From: Octopus bimaculoides
Taxonomy: Eukaryota
Reading direction: 5' to 3'
Length of the DNA stretch: 49,056 nt
Assembly (NCBI RefSeq): GCF_001194135.2
Contig: NC_068996.1
Coordinates: 32,290,709-32,339,764, forward strand
Under the pieces are notes generated by a model that ran no database searches, was not told the DNA's origin, and was given only the letters and a program-made list of their open reading frames with translations. Both the position numbers and the translations under genes were made by a program. How positions within the stretch are numbered: the first letter of the stretch is position 1; each line of letters opens with the position of its first letter. This document shows positions 48,700-49,056 of this stretch, piece after piece.

Positions 48700-49056
48700 G
48701 GGAAGTTACTCTAATAGGTAGAAAAAGAAAAAAGAAAAAGATAAAAAATACAGGCAACCATATTCTCACAATACATAGCTATTCTAAGAGCGCGTTCTGC
48801 CTCATCTTCGAAACGCCAAGTATAAAATAGAGGCAGCTGATGAAGGAAAAGTTCCATAAGTGGCTTGTCTGTTTTCCTATGTGTTCATTCTGTTGTCCGT
48901 AAAAAAGTTCGTTTTTTTTTTGCTTTGTTCATGTTCCCGTTCCTTTTCTGACGTCCTGTACCCGGATATGCATCTATATATACATGTAGATGTAGGTATG
49001 TACATATATGTATGTATACATGCATATGCTCATATATCATTTGTATTATATATATA
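48700..49056 (+). repeat. Unclassified dispersed repeat ending in TA-rich tail
   Basis: The 3' end is shared with 8640-8790 and the reverse complement of 4170-4295. Contains the CTGCCTC/GAGGCAG inverted repeat and GAAACG and CTGATGA half-motifs. Confidence 0.55.

Noticed and set aside
48812-48860. GAAACG ... CTGATGA in type II hammerhead order
   Set aside because: No stem I hairpin between the cleavage triplet and core, and stem II pairing is weak.

Overview
AT-rich, gapped eukaryotic scaffold segment with 15 N-runs, most flanked by CA/TA microsatellites. The repeat landscape points to a coleoid cephalopod, probably Octopus (inference, not a database result). I find no supportable host protein-coding gene, true tRNA, rRNA or CRISPR array. 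Most ORF-track entries are translations of microsatellites or N-gaps. The window is a transposon graveyard: a Penelope-like element (RT + GIY-YIG, 47.4-48.5 kb), CR1-group (35.2-36.6 kb) and Tx1/L1 (39.7-41.2 kb) LINE fossils, three RLE-type fragments (Hero-like at 13 kb; R4/Dong-like at 23.2-24.1 kb and 43.0-43.2 kb), mariner, pogo-type MITE and Sola-like remnants, and a Helentron-like element enclosing a Gypsy integrase piece. There are also many tRNA-derived SINE copies and two long fold-back structures. The most interesting signal is a cluster of hammerhead-ribozyme-like motifs read by eye, none tested for activity. These include a minimal type I motif with a compensatory U3-A8 core (21644-21682), an apparently non-circularly permuted motif in the Hero-like 3' UTR (12895-12952), and further variant or decayed motifs at 31.4, 37.8, 42.4, 43.7, 47.2 and 48.6 kb. 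Several sit about 60-125 nt from (TA)n tracts.
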